NCBI GenBank assembly: GCA_964016885.1
Contig: OZ024742.1
Span: 130,076,001 to 130,140,000, forward strand
DNA length: 64,000 nt
Direction of reading: 5' to 3'
DNA from: Eledone cirrhosa
Taxonomy: Eukaryota
Numbering within the stretch: position 1 is the stretch's first letter; every line of letters begins with the position of its first letter. The notes beneath the pieces were generated by a model. It worked only from the letters and a program-made list of their open reading frames with translations, was not told where the DNA came from and ran no database searches. A program made the translations under genes and the position numbers. Positions 52,266-64,000 of the stretch are shown here, piece after piece.

Positions 52266-52599
52266 CCGATTATATTACGAATAGTCTTAAATACGATTAT
52301 TAAGAGGTTTCAGATACATATCTAGTCTGGTCTACCTCTTACCATGCTCCCTTATAATATATTCTACTTTACAGAATTCTGTTGTACACAAAAGCTAGCT
52401 GAATATAAAAAAAAAAGACAATGATGTTTAATAACTAGATAGAAATAAAAGTAACTTCTATCCAAAGAAAGGAAGAATTGAGGCACTAGATAACTATGAC
52501 TACAATAACTATGACTACAATATGCCTTTTCCCATTGAAATACTTGAAAAAAGAGACACAATATCTAATTTCTCATATCAAGAATGGAAATTTTTTTAT

Positions 52600-53710
52600 G
52601 AAAGAATGGAATTAGAATTAAAGAAGCTGATAAGAGTAGTGCTGCAATTATCATGAATACAGACTATTATTGAGAACTTGTACTTAAAATGTCAAAAGAT
52701 AGTAATTCCTATGAAAATTCAAACAACTACAAAAATAATGAGAAATCTACTGACATTGCTAAATATATATTGCAAAGATTTAACCATGAAAGAATTTAAC
52801 TACATAAACCACTTGAAATGAAAATCAGCATTTTTTATGGTCTTCCTAAAATTCATAAAATGGATTATTAAGAAAAGCTTAGAAATACTCAACAACCATA
52901 TGACTCCCAGATGATTTGAAACTAAAACCAATTATAGTAGGCCCTGTATGTGAAACACACAGACTGAGTAACTTTCTAGACACTTTACTAAAATCCTTCT
53001 TAAAATTTGTATAGAGATACATATGAGATAATCTGGGCACACTTAATCACCTACCAACAACATCACCATCATCATTTTACGTCCACTTTTCCCTGCTTGC
53101 AAGAGTGGGACGGGTCCTATTCAGCACAGCATCTCTCCACTTGTCACGGTCCTTCGTCATCTCCTCTGTGAGTTTCAGCGATCTGAGGTCTGCTCTCACC
53201 ACATCCGCCCATGTTTTTCGTGGTCTTCCTCTACTGCGTCTTCCTTCTACTGGGATTTCTTGGCACTTCTTTACCCAGCGGTCATCCTCCATGCGCATCA
53301 CGTGTCCATACCATCTCAGCCTTCTCTCCTGCACACCACAACTTATCCCTCTTATATCCAGTTTCTTTCTCAACTCGTCTATGCTTGGTCATTCACGCAC
53401 ATTGACATTGCACATCCAATGGCGCATGCTTGCTTCATTTCTCTCCAGCCATCGAATATCCTCTGCAGTTGCTGACCATGTCTCACTACCATGCAGCATC
53501 ACGCATGTAAGTCAAAATAGAATCATTGTCTTTTTAATGTTGTAAATCTATACACAAAACCCCTTATGACTAAGGAATAAATGCTATTAAATATTGCCAA
53601 GATAGATATCAATTTGAATTATTGGCAGGCATAAAAAAAAGACTTCTTCATTGATGGACTCAAATTCATATTATAACTTCTGTATATATTTCTTGAGGCA
53701 AACAACTTCA
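52600..53710 (+). mobile_element. Decayed Penelope-like RT fragment interrupted by an RTE LINE
   Basis: KEADK.SA.IIMN, FYGLPKIHK and LKPIIVGP.CETHRLSNFLD.LLK precede the insert; a VVNLYT-like motif at ~53538-53560 follows it. Confidence 0.75.
53062..53507 (-). mobile_element. RTE-clade LINE 3' fragment (same family as 12990-14420)
   Basis: ORF 53077-53373 is nearly identical to 13011-13361. Confidence 0.92.
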
Positions 53711-53957
53711 AACTTTTGTTGACATCACTTCCATTAAATGCTACTACCTCTCCTTCTCTCCTTTCTATCCTCTAACCACTCCCTCTTTACAATGTATATG
53801 CGTGTGTGTGTGTGTGTGTGTGTGTGAGTGAGTAAATGTTTGTGCAATATATGTTGAAAGCTGTTGGACTCATATGACAGTTTGGACATATGTGATCTAG
53901 TCAGTCAACATATCATTGTCAATGTAACATCTATTTTCTCTGTTAGGAAAGGTTGGA

Positions 53958-54281
53958 TGTACATAACTGGGAGAATGGAGTACATAACTGGGAGAACGGG
54001 ATACATAACTAGGAAAGTGGAGTACATAACTGGAGGAGCGGAGTGCATAACTGGGAGTACATAACTGGGAGTACATAACTGGGAGAATGGAGTACATAAC
54101 TGGGAGAATTGAGTACGTAACTGGGAGAATGGAGTATGTAACTGGGAGAACGGAGTACATAACTGGGAGAATGGAGTACATAACTGGGAGAATGAAGTAC
54201 ATAACTTGGAAATTGGAGTACATAACTGGGAGAATGGGGTACATAACTGGGAGAGTGGCGTACATAACTGGGAGAATGGGT
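53958..54281. repeat. 21-bp minisatellite (GAGTACATAACTGGGAGAATG)n, ~15 copies
   Basis: Direct inspection. Confidence 0.95.
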
Positions 54282-54668
54282 AGCAAATTTGGGATCTAAC
54301 TTTGGGTGATAAATACTCAAGTGCTGGCTCTGAATGGTGGTGAGGGCATACATTGTAGGGCTTACTCCATGGACTGCAAACGTTAGGACCAGCCCCTATG
54401 ACATATTAATGCCAGGTTATAAAGACTACTCATTTACTGTGAACCTGGACTAAACAAAAACAGTGAACCCAGTATTATACTATAGAACTGTTTTAAGCCT
54501 ATTTATTTTTACAATGCTTTTGTATAAAACTGTAATAAAGCTTTGAATTCTTTTGTATTCAGTACACTGTATTATGTAACCAACAGCCATTGTGTTTTTT
54601 TAGTGTCGCTATATTACTCATAAATATTAAAATGTGTTATTCACAATTATGCATATCATATATATATG

Positions 54669-54733
<65 letters not shown>

Positions 54734-55010
54734 ATACCTATGTATATATATACATACACATACATATATGTGTATATGTATGCGTGTGTGTGTATATATA
54801 TATATTTATATATATATATGTGTGTGTGTGTGCGTGTGTCTGTGTGCACATGCACATGTGTATAAATAGTTATGCATGCATATATATATATACATACATA
54901 TATATATATATATATACATACACACGTGTATATGTGTGTGTGTGTATATATATACATATTTATTTATATGTATGTGTGTGTGTGTGTGTGCACATGTGTA
55001 TAAGTAGTTA

Positions 55011-55086
<76 letters not shown>

Positions 55087-55479
55087 GTATCATCTCAATT
55101 TTTAAGATAATTCTCATTAAAAAATATTGATTTTGATTCAATGAAGTGGAAGTCTTATAGCAAAACTGGTAACTCACAAAAGACGTAAACAAAAGAGATG
55201 ATGATGGTGAGAGGGGGGATAATGATGATGATGATGATGATTATGATTATGATCATCATCATCATCATCATCATTAAGATAAAGGAAATCTTCATTATAA
55301 TGATGATGATGATGATCATGATCATCATCAAGATAAAGGAAATCTTCACTATAATCATGATGATGATGATGATGATGATGATGGTAATGATGATAATGAA
55401 AACACTGATGATCATATAAGTCATGACAATGGTTATATCAACAAGAAGGCGAAGATAACCTGCATGAATATCATCACGG

Positions 55480-55512
<33 letters not shown>

Positions 55513-56009
55513 CACAAGGATGATGACAGTGTGACGATAATCATCACAAATATAATGATAATCATGATGATGATGATGATGATATAAGCAACGATGATGA
55601 AATGATTATTATCATGAACATAATGAGAATCATCAACATGATGATGATGATGATGATGATAGTAACACTGGTGACAATGAAATGAAACTCCATCAGTTTC
55701 AGTGATGAGTGTTCCAGTTATTCAATCAATGGAATAACCTGCTCATGAATTAACATGTAAGTGGCTAAGCAATTAAAAAAAATACGTGCACCCTTAACAT
55801 AATTCTCAGGGAGATTCAATGTGGCACAGTATGTGAAAAAGCTGGTTCTTTGGATTAGAGGTACTGTCCATCCGACAAATCAAGCCAAAATCAGTTCCTG
55901 TATGAGCAAGGCATGGTCAGCCGACCAGACACTGCCCACAACAGGACAACCCGTCTAACCCATGCTAGCATGGAAGAACGGACGTAAAACGGTGATGATG
56001 ATGATGAAA

Positions 56010-57082
56010 GAGAGTAAACTGACCTAAAACTAAAGTGCTAGAAAGTAGGAAAGACGATAAGACTCTGATCCCCTCAGGGAAGTGGCCCTACTCCATATGT
56101 AGAAAAGGAGTAGGCATAAATTCCATACAGAGTACATATTGTAAATATTAGGTATACAAGAGATGTAATGGATAACAGGTAGACTAACAGGAAGAGAAGT
56201 CTTTGTATGTAGAAGATGCACAGGAGTAATCAAAGGGAAGAATGTCAATGATATAAACCTCTTCAAGTAACAGGAAGGATCCATAGAAGTGGTTGATAGC
56301 TTCTGCTATCTATGTGACTTAATTAGCAGTGGGGGAAGGTGCTCTGAGAGCATAATATTTGTTTCTACTTTTGGCACAAGGCCAGCAATTATCCTAGTAC
56401 ATTACTGGTACTTTATTTTATCGACCCCGTAAGGATGAAAGGCAAAGTTAACCTCGGTGGGATTTGAACTCAGACCACAAAGGGCCGTAACTATGCTGCA
56501 AAGCATGGTGTCCGACTCTCTACCGATACTGCCAATCCACCGGAGCATAATAATAGTATAAAGATAGGATTGTAGAAATTTAGAGAGCTATTCCAACTGT
56601 TGATAACAAAGGGTTTCTCCCTATGTACAAAAGGATGACTATGACACCCGTGTGTGAGGAGTGATGCTGCATGGTAAGGAAACATGGACAGAGACTGCAT
56701 AAAGCATGCATATACTGGAGAGAGAAATGAAGCAGCCATGCTTCGTTGGATGTGCAACGGAAATGTGAGAGAAAGTCAGAGCTTGAATGAACTGAGAGAG
56801 AAGCTGAGTTTAAGAGGAATCCAAGGAAAGAGGAGTGCATTGGTACAGACATGTAATCTGCATGGATGATGATTGATGGGTGAAGAAATGCCAGTGGATG
56901 AAGATCACAGTAGAGGTAGACTGAGAAAGGTTTGGGCAGAAGTGGTGAGAGCTGACCTCAAATTGCTGAAACTCACAGGAAGAGATAACAAGGAAACATG
57001 GCAAATTGAGAGATGCAGTGCTGAAAGGAACCATCCAACCCATGCAAGCATGTAAAAACTAACGTAAATACGATGATGATGA
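56010..57082 (+). mobile_element. Old, decayed RTE LINE 3' fragment with nested S1 SINE (~56357-56542)
   Basis: Colinear similarity to the reverse complement of 13006-13880; SINE TSD GAGCATAAT at 56348-56356 and 56543-56551. Confidence 0.85.
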
Positions 57083-57575
57083 TATATATCATCATCATCA
57101 TCACCGTTTTACGTCCGTTCTTCCACGCTAGCATGGGTTAGACGGGTTGTCCTGTTGTAGGCAGTGTCCGGTTGGCTGACCATGCCTTGCTCATACAGGA
57201 ACTGATTCTGGCTTGATTTCTACAGCTGGATGCCCTTCCTAACACCAACCTCATTTACAGTGAGTGCTGGGTGCTTTTTTGCCATGTCACCTCCACAACC
57301 ACTTTGCAGTGGAATGATAGGGACCCCAGTCCTATCATCTCATTTCTACAGCTGAGTAAACTGGAGCAATGTGAAAAATAAAGTGTCGTGCTCAAGGAAA
57401 CAACACATCACCCGATCTGAGAATTGAACTCGCAACCTTTCAATTGCAAGCACAATGCTCTAACCACTAAGCCATGCGCCATATATTGTTGCCTGAATAT
57501 GAGGTTGTTATCACTAAAGAGCCCTCAATATGTAAACATAGCAGTAAATATACTGTATTATATAAAATATATGGC

Positions 57576-57754
57576 GGTGAATTGGCAGTAACGGTAGAGG
57601 GTCGGACATGCTTTCCAGTATAGTTACGTCCCTTTATGATCTGAGTTCAAATCCCGCCGAGGTTAACTTTGCCTTTCATCCATACAGATGTCGATAAAAT
57701 AAAGTACCAGTAATGTACTGGGTAATTGCTGGCTTTGTGCCAAAAGTAGAAATG
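57576..57754 (+). mobile_element. S1 SINE with ~19-bp TSD
   Basis: ATTATATAAAATATATGGC (57557-57575) and ATTATATAAAATACATGGC (57755-57773). Confidence 0.88.
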
Positions 57755-57829
57755 ATTATATAAAATACATGGCAGACAGGTGAATAACTTCCTAGGTACT
57801 TTTAGTTTCCCAGAACAAGCTAATCTTTC

Positions 57830-57860
<31 letters not shown>

Positions 57861-57864
<4 letters not shown>

Positions 57865-58240
57865 TGTACCCCCAGCATTTGCAGTACTAACATTTGTAGT
57901 CCCAGTTATTTGCGGAATTTTCCTGAGAACCTAACTAATAATTGTTAATGGAAACCACTGTATATTCGAGGAATTGTAAATATCTTCCAAGATTTTTATA
58001 TGGCTTTTTTTGCAGCAATATATATTTTTTTTACACTAAATTATCAATAATCACATACTGTATTTGCCGGCCTATTGGACACCCATTTGCATAAGACGCT
58101 CCCTCTTTTTTTAAAATTATATTTTACTTTATATTTTGACGTTTATAGGCATTTTTATGCATCACATCCAATATTCGTGGTTTTTCACTCTTCACGGGTG
58201 CTCCAGGAACATAAGCCCTAAGAATACCGGGGCGCAACTG
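57861..58240. mobile_element. Decayed Tigger/pogo-like MITE
   Basis: TA|CAGTGTACCCCCAGCATT at the left and AATACCGGGGCGCAACTG at the right form imperfect TIRs within (TA)n. Confidence 0.5.
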
Positions 58241-58280
58241 AGTGTATATATATATATATATATATATGTGTATATATATA

Positions 58281-58896
58281 TTTAAAAAAGTTTTTCGCTC
58301 TACATGGCTGAATACAATAAATGTAATCTGAGTTTTTCGAATATTAATAATAACATTTGATTCATTTGCAATTATGCAAACAAGCCTAATTGTTTGCATA
58401 ATTGCAAATGAATCGAATGTTATTATTAATATTCGAAAAACTCAGATTACATTTATTGTATTCAGCCATGTAGAGTGAAAACATTTTTTTTTAAATTTTA
58501 ATGTGGCAAAGCCGGCCATTTATTGCTCGTATACAGGAAACTGACTGGCCAGTCTGCTGATATGCAAATCTGGCTGATCAGTGGATCTGCTAATATGCAG
58601 ATCTGACTGATCAGCCAGTCTGCTAATATGCAAATCAGGCCAATCAGTCACTGTGTATTTTTGAAAATAGCATATATTTTCACTAGCTCTGACAGTTGGC
58701 AGGTGAACAGTGAGCTGTACTGATGAAGGGTGATACCCAGAAACATTAGTGTCTGCAGTTCTGTTCACATGCCAACACAAGAGCAAGAATGAAGGGTTCG
58801 TTCTACTGACATGGCTTTAAATATGAGGCTTGTTTGCATAATTACAAACAAATCGAATGTTATTATTAAAATTCAAAAACTCAGATTACATTTATT
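58281..58896 (+). mobile_element. Non-coding retrozyme-like element (family G): inverted 5' arm plus 440-bp terminally redundant unit with hammerhead
   Basis: 58292-58383 is inverted at 58390-58482; 58390-58457 is directly repeated at 58830-58896; internal ~33-bp x3 repeat at 58545-58640; (TA)n on both sides. Confidence 0.75.
58696..58775 (+). ncRNA. Type-I hammerhead ribozyme motif with long stem I (family G)
   Basis: TTGGCAGGTGAACAGTGAGCTGTA-CTGATGA-A-GGGT-GAT-ACCC-A-GAAA-CATTAGTG-TC^TGCAGTTCTGTTCACATGCCAA: ~20-bp stem I, GUC triplet, A:A mismatch at the base of stem II. Confidence 0.8.
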
Positions 58897-58995
58897 TTTA
58901 TATATATATATATATACATATATATACATATATATACATATACACACATATACATATATATATATGTATATACATATATACATATATATACATAT

Positions 58996-59027
<32 letters not shown>

Positions 59028-59370
59028 GTGGAGGCACATGGCTTAGTGGTTAGAGCATTGGCTTTGCAATCGAAAGGTTGTGAGTTCAATTCTCAGACCG
59101 GGTGATGTGTTGTTTCCTTGAGCAAGACACTTTATTTCACGTTGCTCCAGTTTACTCAGATGTAGAAATGAGATTATAGGGACTGGGATCCCTATCATTC
59201 GTGGAGGTGCCACGGCAAAAAAACACCCAGCACTCACTGTAAATGAGGTTGGTGTTAGGAAGGGCATCCAGCTGTAGAAATCAAGCCAGAATCAGTTCCC
59301 CGTCCCACCCTTGCAAGCAGGGAAAAGTGGACGTAAAATGAAATGCTGAAATGATGATATGTATATACAT

Positions 59371-59415
<45 letters not shown>

Positions 59416-59705
59416 TTCAATTCTCAGACCGAGTGATGTGTTGTTTCCTTGAGCAAGACACTTTATTTCACATTGCTCCAGTTTACTCAGCTGTAGAAAT
59501 GAGATGATAGGGACTGGGTTCCCTATCATTCCACTGCAAAGTGGACGTGTAGGTGCCACGGCAAAAAAACACCCAGCACTCACTGTAAATGAGGTTGGTG
59601 TTAGGAAGGGCATCCAGCTGTAGAAATCAAGCCAGAATCAGTTCCCCGTCCCACCCTTGCTAGCAGGGAAAAGCGGATGTAAAATGAAATGATGATGATG
59701 ATGAA

Positions 59706-59742
<37 letters not shown>

Positions 59743-59965
59743 TAGATAGTTATGATGGAACCTGGAATCTTCATAACCATTTGGCCATTTATAACAATGG
59801 CAACAATGATGATGCTCATCTTGAATATGATAATGATGATGATCATGGATCATGATAATGATCACAATGATAATGATGATGATCATGATGATGATCACAA
59901 TGATGGTTATGAAGATAAAACAATGACTGATTAACATCATATTCGTGAGATTATAAAACAATACA

Positions 59966-62411
59966 GTGGTGTTGGGGGGGGGGGATTGTGGTGATGGTGG
60001 TAGTGGTGGTGGTGTTGGGGGGGGTCATAGTGGTGGTAGTGGTGGTGGTGATGTTGGTTGTGGTGGTGGTGGTGGTGGTGGTGTTGGTTATGGTGGTAGT
60101 GGTGGTGGTGGTGATGATAGTAGTGATGGTGGTAGTGGTAGTGGTGGTGGTGGTAGTGGTGGTGATGGTGGTAGTGGTGGTGGTGATAGTGGTGGTGGTG
60201 GTAGTGGTGGTAGCGGTAGTGGTGGTAGTGGCAATGGTGGTAGTGGTGATGGTGGTAGTGGTGATGGTGGTGGTAGTGGTGGTGGTGATAGTGGTGGTGG
60301 TGGTAGTGGTGGTAGCGGTAGTGGTGGTAGTGGCAATGGTGGTAATGGTGGTAGTGGCAATGGTGGTAGTGGTGATGGTGGTGGTAGTGGTGGTGGTGGT
60401 AGTGGTGGTAGCGGTGGTAGTGGCAATGGTGGTAGTGGTGATGGTGGTAGTGGTGATGGTGGTGGTAGTGGTGGTGGTGGTAGTGGTGGTAGTGGTGGTA
60501 GTGGCAATGGTGGTAGTGGTGATGGTGGTAGTGGTGATGGGGGTAGTGGTGATGGTGGTAGTGGTGGTGGTGGTAGTGGTAATGTTGGTAGTCGTGGTAG
60601 TGGTAGTGGTGGTAGTGGTAATGGTGGTAGTGGTAATGGTGGTAGTGGTGGTGGTGGTAGTGGTGGTAGTAGTGGTGGTGGTGGTAGTGGTGGTAGTGGT
60701 AATGGTGGTAGTGGTGGTAGTGGTAATGGTGGTAGTGGTAATGATGGTGGTAGTGGTAGTGGTGGTGGTGGTAGTGGTAATGGCGGTAGTGGTAATGGTG
60801 GTAGTGGTGGTAGTGGTAGTGGTGGTGGTGGTAGTGGTGATAGTGGTGGTGGTAGTGTGGTGTTAGTGGTAGTGGTGGTAGTGGTAGTGGTAATGGTGGT
60901 AGTGGTAGTGGTGGTGGTGGTAGTGGTGGTAGTGGTAATGGTGGTAGTGGTGGTAGTGGTGGTGGTGGTAGTGGTGGTGGTGGTAGTAATGGTAGTGGTA
61001 ATGGTGGTAGTGGTAGTGGTGGTAGTGGTAATGGTGGTGGTGGTGGTAATGGTGGTAGTGGTAGTGGTGGTAGTGGTAATGGTGGTAGTAGTGGAAGTGG
61101 TAGTGGTGGTAGTGGTAGTGGTGGTAGTGGTAATGGTGGTAGTGGTAGTGGTGGTAGTGGTAGTGGTGGTAGTGGTAGTGGTAGTGGTGGTAGTGGTGGT
61201 AGTGGTGGTAGTGGTGTGGTGGTAGTGGTGGTAGTGGTGGTAATGGTAGTGGTGGTAATGGTGGTAGTGGTAGTGGTAGTAGTGGTAGTGGTGGTAGTGG
61301 TAGTGGTAGTAGTGGTAGTGGTGGTAGTGGTGGTAGTGGTAGTGGTGGTAGTGGTGGTAATGGTAGTGGTGGTAGTGGTAGTGGTGGTGGTATGGTGGTG
61401 GTGGTAGTGGTAATGGTGGTAGTGGTGGTAGTGGTAATGGTGGTAGTGGTAATGATGGTAGTAGTGGTAGTGGTGGTGGTGGTAGTGGTAATGGTGGTAG
61501 TGGTAATGGTGGTAGTGGTGGTAGTGGTAGTGGTGGTGGTGGTAGTGGTGATAGTGGTGGTGGTAGTGGTAATGGTGGTAGTGGTGGTAGTGGTGGTAGT
61601 GGTAGTGGTGTTAGTGGTAGTGGTGGTAGTGGTAGTGGTGGTAGTGGTAATGGTGGTAGGTGGTGGTAGTGGTGGTAGTGGTAGTGGTGGTAGTGGTAAT
61701 GGTGGTAGTGGTAGTGGTGGTGGTGGTAGTGGTGGTAGTGTTAATGGTGGTAGTGGTGGTAGTGGTGGTGGTGGTAGTGGTGGTAGTAGTGGTAGTGGTA
61801 ATGGTGGTAGTGGTAGTGGTGTTAGTGGTAGTGGTAGTAGTGGTAATGGTGGTAGTGGTGGTAGTGGTAATGGTGGTAGTGGTGGTAGTGGTGGTAGTGG
61901 TAGTGGTGGTAGTGGTAATGGTGGTAGTGGTGGTAGTGGTAGTGGTAGTGGTGGTGGTAGTGGTGGTAGTGGTGGCAGTGGTAGTGGTGGTAGTGGTGGT
62001 AGTGGTGGTAATGGTAGTGGTGGTAATGGTGGTAGTGGTAGTGGTGGTAGTGGTGGTAGTGGTAGTGGTAGTAGTGGTAGTGGTGGTAGTGGTGGTAGTG
62101 GTGGTAGTGGTGGTAATGGTAGTGGTGGTAGTGGTAGTGGTGGTGGTAGTGGTGGTGGTGGTAGTATGGTGGTAGTGGTAGTGGTAGTAGTGGTAGTGGT
62201 GGTAGTGGTGGTAGTGGTGGTGGTGGTAGTGGTAGTGGTGGTAATGGTAGTGGTGGTAGTGGTAGTGGTGGTAGTGGTAGTGGTGGTAGTGGTAGTGGTG
62301 GTAGTGGTAGTGGTGGTAATGGTAGTGGTGGTAGTGGTAGTGGTGGTAGAGGTAGTGGTGGTAGTGGTAGTGGTAGTGGTAATGGTAGTGGTGGTGGTGG
62401 TAGTGGTGGTG
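59966..62411. repeat. 2.4-kb cryptic trinucleotide satellite (GGT/AGT/AAT)n
   Basis: Direct inspection; produces spurious Gly/Ser and poly-Val ORFs. Confidence 0.97.
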
Positions 62412-62489
62412 ATTTTAAATCACTATGATATGATAACCACTGGAATTATTATATTGATAGGGAAAAGATACAGAAGACAATATCAATAA

Positions 62490-63460
62490 TGGCAGTGATG
62501 GTGATGATGGTATTGAAGATAATGGTATTGGTGCTGATGATGATGATGGTGATAGTATTGAAGATAATGGTATTGGTGCTGATGATGATGATGGTGATAG
62601 TATTGAAGATAATGGTATTGGTGCTGATGATGATGATGGTGATAGTATTGAAGATAATGGTATTGGTGCTGATGATGATGATGGTGGTGAGGAGGAGGAT
62701 AGTAATGAAGATAATGATGATGATGATGATTATGAATGATGGTGATGATTATGATGATTATGAATGATGGTGATGATGATGATGATAATGGTGGTGATGA
62801 TGATGATGGTGATGATGATAATGGTGGTGATGATGATGATGATAATGGTGGTGATAATGATAATGGTGGTGATGATGATGATGATAATGGTGGTGATGAT
62901 AATGGTGGTGATGATAATGGTGATGATGATAATGGTGGTGATGATGATAATGGTGGTGATGATGATAATGGTGGTGATGATAATGGTGATGATGATAATG
63001 GTGGTGATGATGATAATGGTGGTGATGATGATAATGGTGGTGATGATAATGGTGATGATGATAATGGTGGTGATGATGATAATGGTGGTGATGATGATGA
63101 TGGTGGTGGTGATGATGATGATAATGGTGGTGATGATAATGGTGGTAATGATGATGATGATGATAATGGTGGTGATGATAATGGTGGTGGTGATGATGAT
63201 GATGATAATGGTGGTGATGATAATGGTGGTGATGATGATGATAATGGTGGTGATGATGATGATAATGGTGGTGATGATGATGATAATGGTGGTGATGATA
63301 ATGGTGGTGATGATATGATGGTGAATGATGATGATGATAATGGTGATGGTGGTGTTAATTAGGTCGATGATGATGGTGATGATGATGATGATGGTAATGA
63401 AGATGATGATGATGGTGACGGTGATAATGGTAGTGATGATAATGATGGTGATGATGATGA
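62490..63460. repeat. (GAT/GGT/AAT)n satellite including a 45-bp unit x4 at 62510-62680
   Basis: Direct inspection. Confidence 0.95.
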
Positions 63461-63592
63461 TCTAGCAATAAGTTAGTGTAAGCAAGTGATGGTGAAACCT
63501 ACACTATTCTTAACTGTCAATTCTAACAGGGATGAGAATTATGTTTCCATGGTGACTGAACACAAATGCATCAGCCAACCTGAATATTCCTT

Positions 63593-64000
63593 CCACCACC
63601 CCCACATCCATACCACCCCCACATCATACCACCACCACCACATCAATACCACCACAAGCACATCAATACCACCACCACCACATCCATACCACCACCACCA
63701 CATCAATACCACCACCACCACATCAATACCACCACCATTATTACCAGTACCACCACCACATCCATACCACTACCATCGCTACTACCACAACCACATCAAT
63801 ATCACCACCACTACCACCACCACATCAATACCACCACCATTATTACCAGTACCACCACCACATCCATACCACTACCATCGCTACTACCACAACCACATCA
63901 ATATCACCACCACTACCACCACCACATCAATACCACCACCATTATTACCAGTACCACCACCACATCCATACCACTACCATCGCTACTACCACAACCACAT
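63593..64000. repeat. (CCA/CAT)-rich satellite with a 102-bp higher-order unit
   Basis: CATCAATACCACCACCATTATTACCAG recurs at 63721, 63823 and 63925. Confidence 0.93.

Noticed and set aside
53897-54353. ORFs with MEYITGR / MYSILPV repeats
   Set aside because: Translation of a 21-bp minisatellite.
59966-63362. Gly/Ser-rich, poly-Val or Asp/Gly-rich structural protein
   Set aside because: Simple triplet satellite with frame breaks and no credible start, signal peptide or splice sites.

Overview
Eukaryotic, AT-rich, repeat-saturated animal DNA. The SINE/RTE-LINE inventory and very dense (TA)n/(CA)n/(ATG)n microsatellites resemble an octopus/cephalopod genome; this is an inference, not proven. 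Nearly all long ORFs in the track are microsatellite artefacts. Only one host coding exon is convincing: a 129-bp minus-strand exon at 10677-10805 resembling IQCG/DRC9, so much of the window is probably intron or intergenic sequence. The rest is decayed mobile DNA: a hAT transposase pseudogene, a Helitron 3' end, TTAA-flanked and Tc/pogo-like MITEs, RTE-, R4- and CRE-clade LINE fragments, tRNA-headed SINEs and Penelope-like (RT/GIY-YIG) fragments. The most striking signal is about 10 type-I hammerhead-ribozyme motifs (CUGANGA..GAAA..NUH), intact or decayed, from at least 6 sequence-unrelated families. They lie in short elements that mostly sit next to (TA)n tracts and often form fold-back palindromes. 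Some are joined to Penelope GIY-YIG coding remnants; others are non-coding and retrozyme-like (one has a 440-bp terminally redundant unit). All folds and homologies were read by eye and none were computed.
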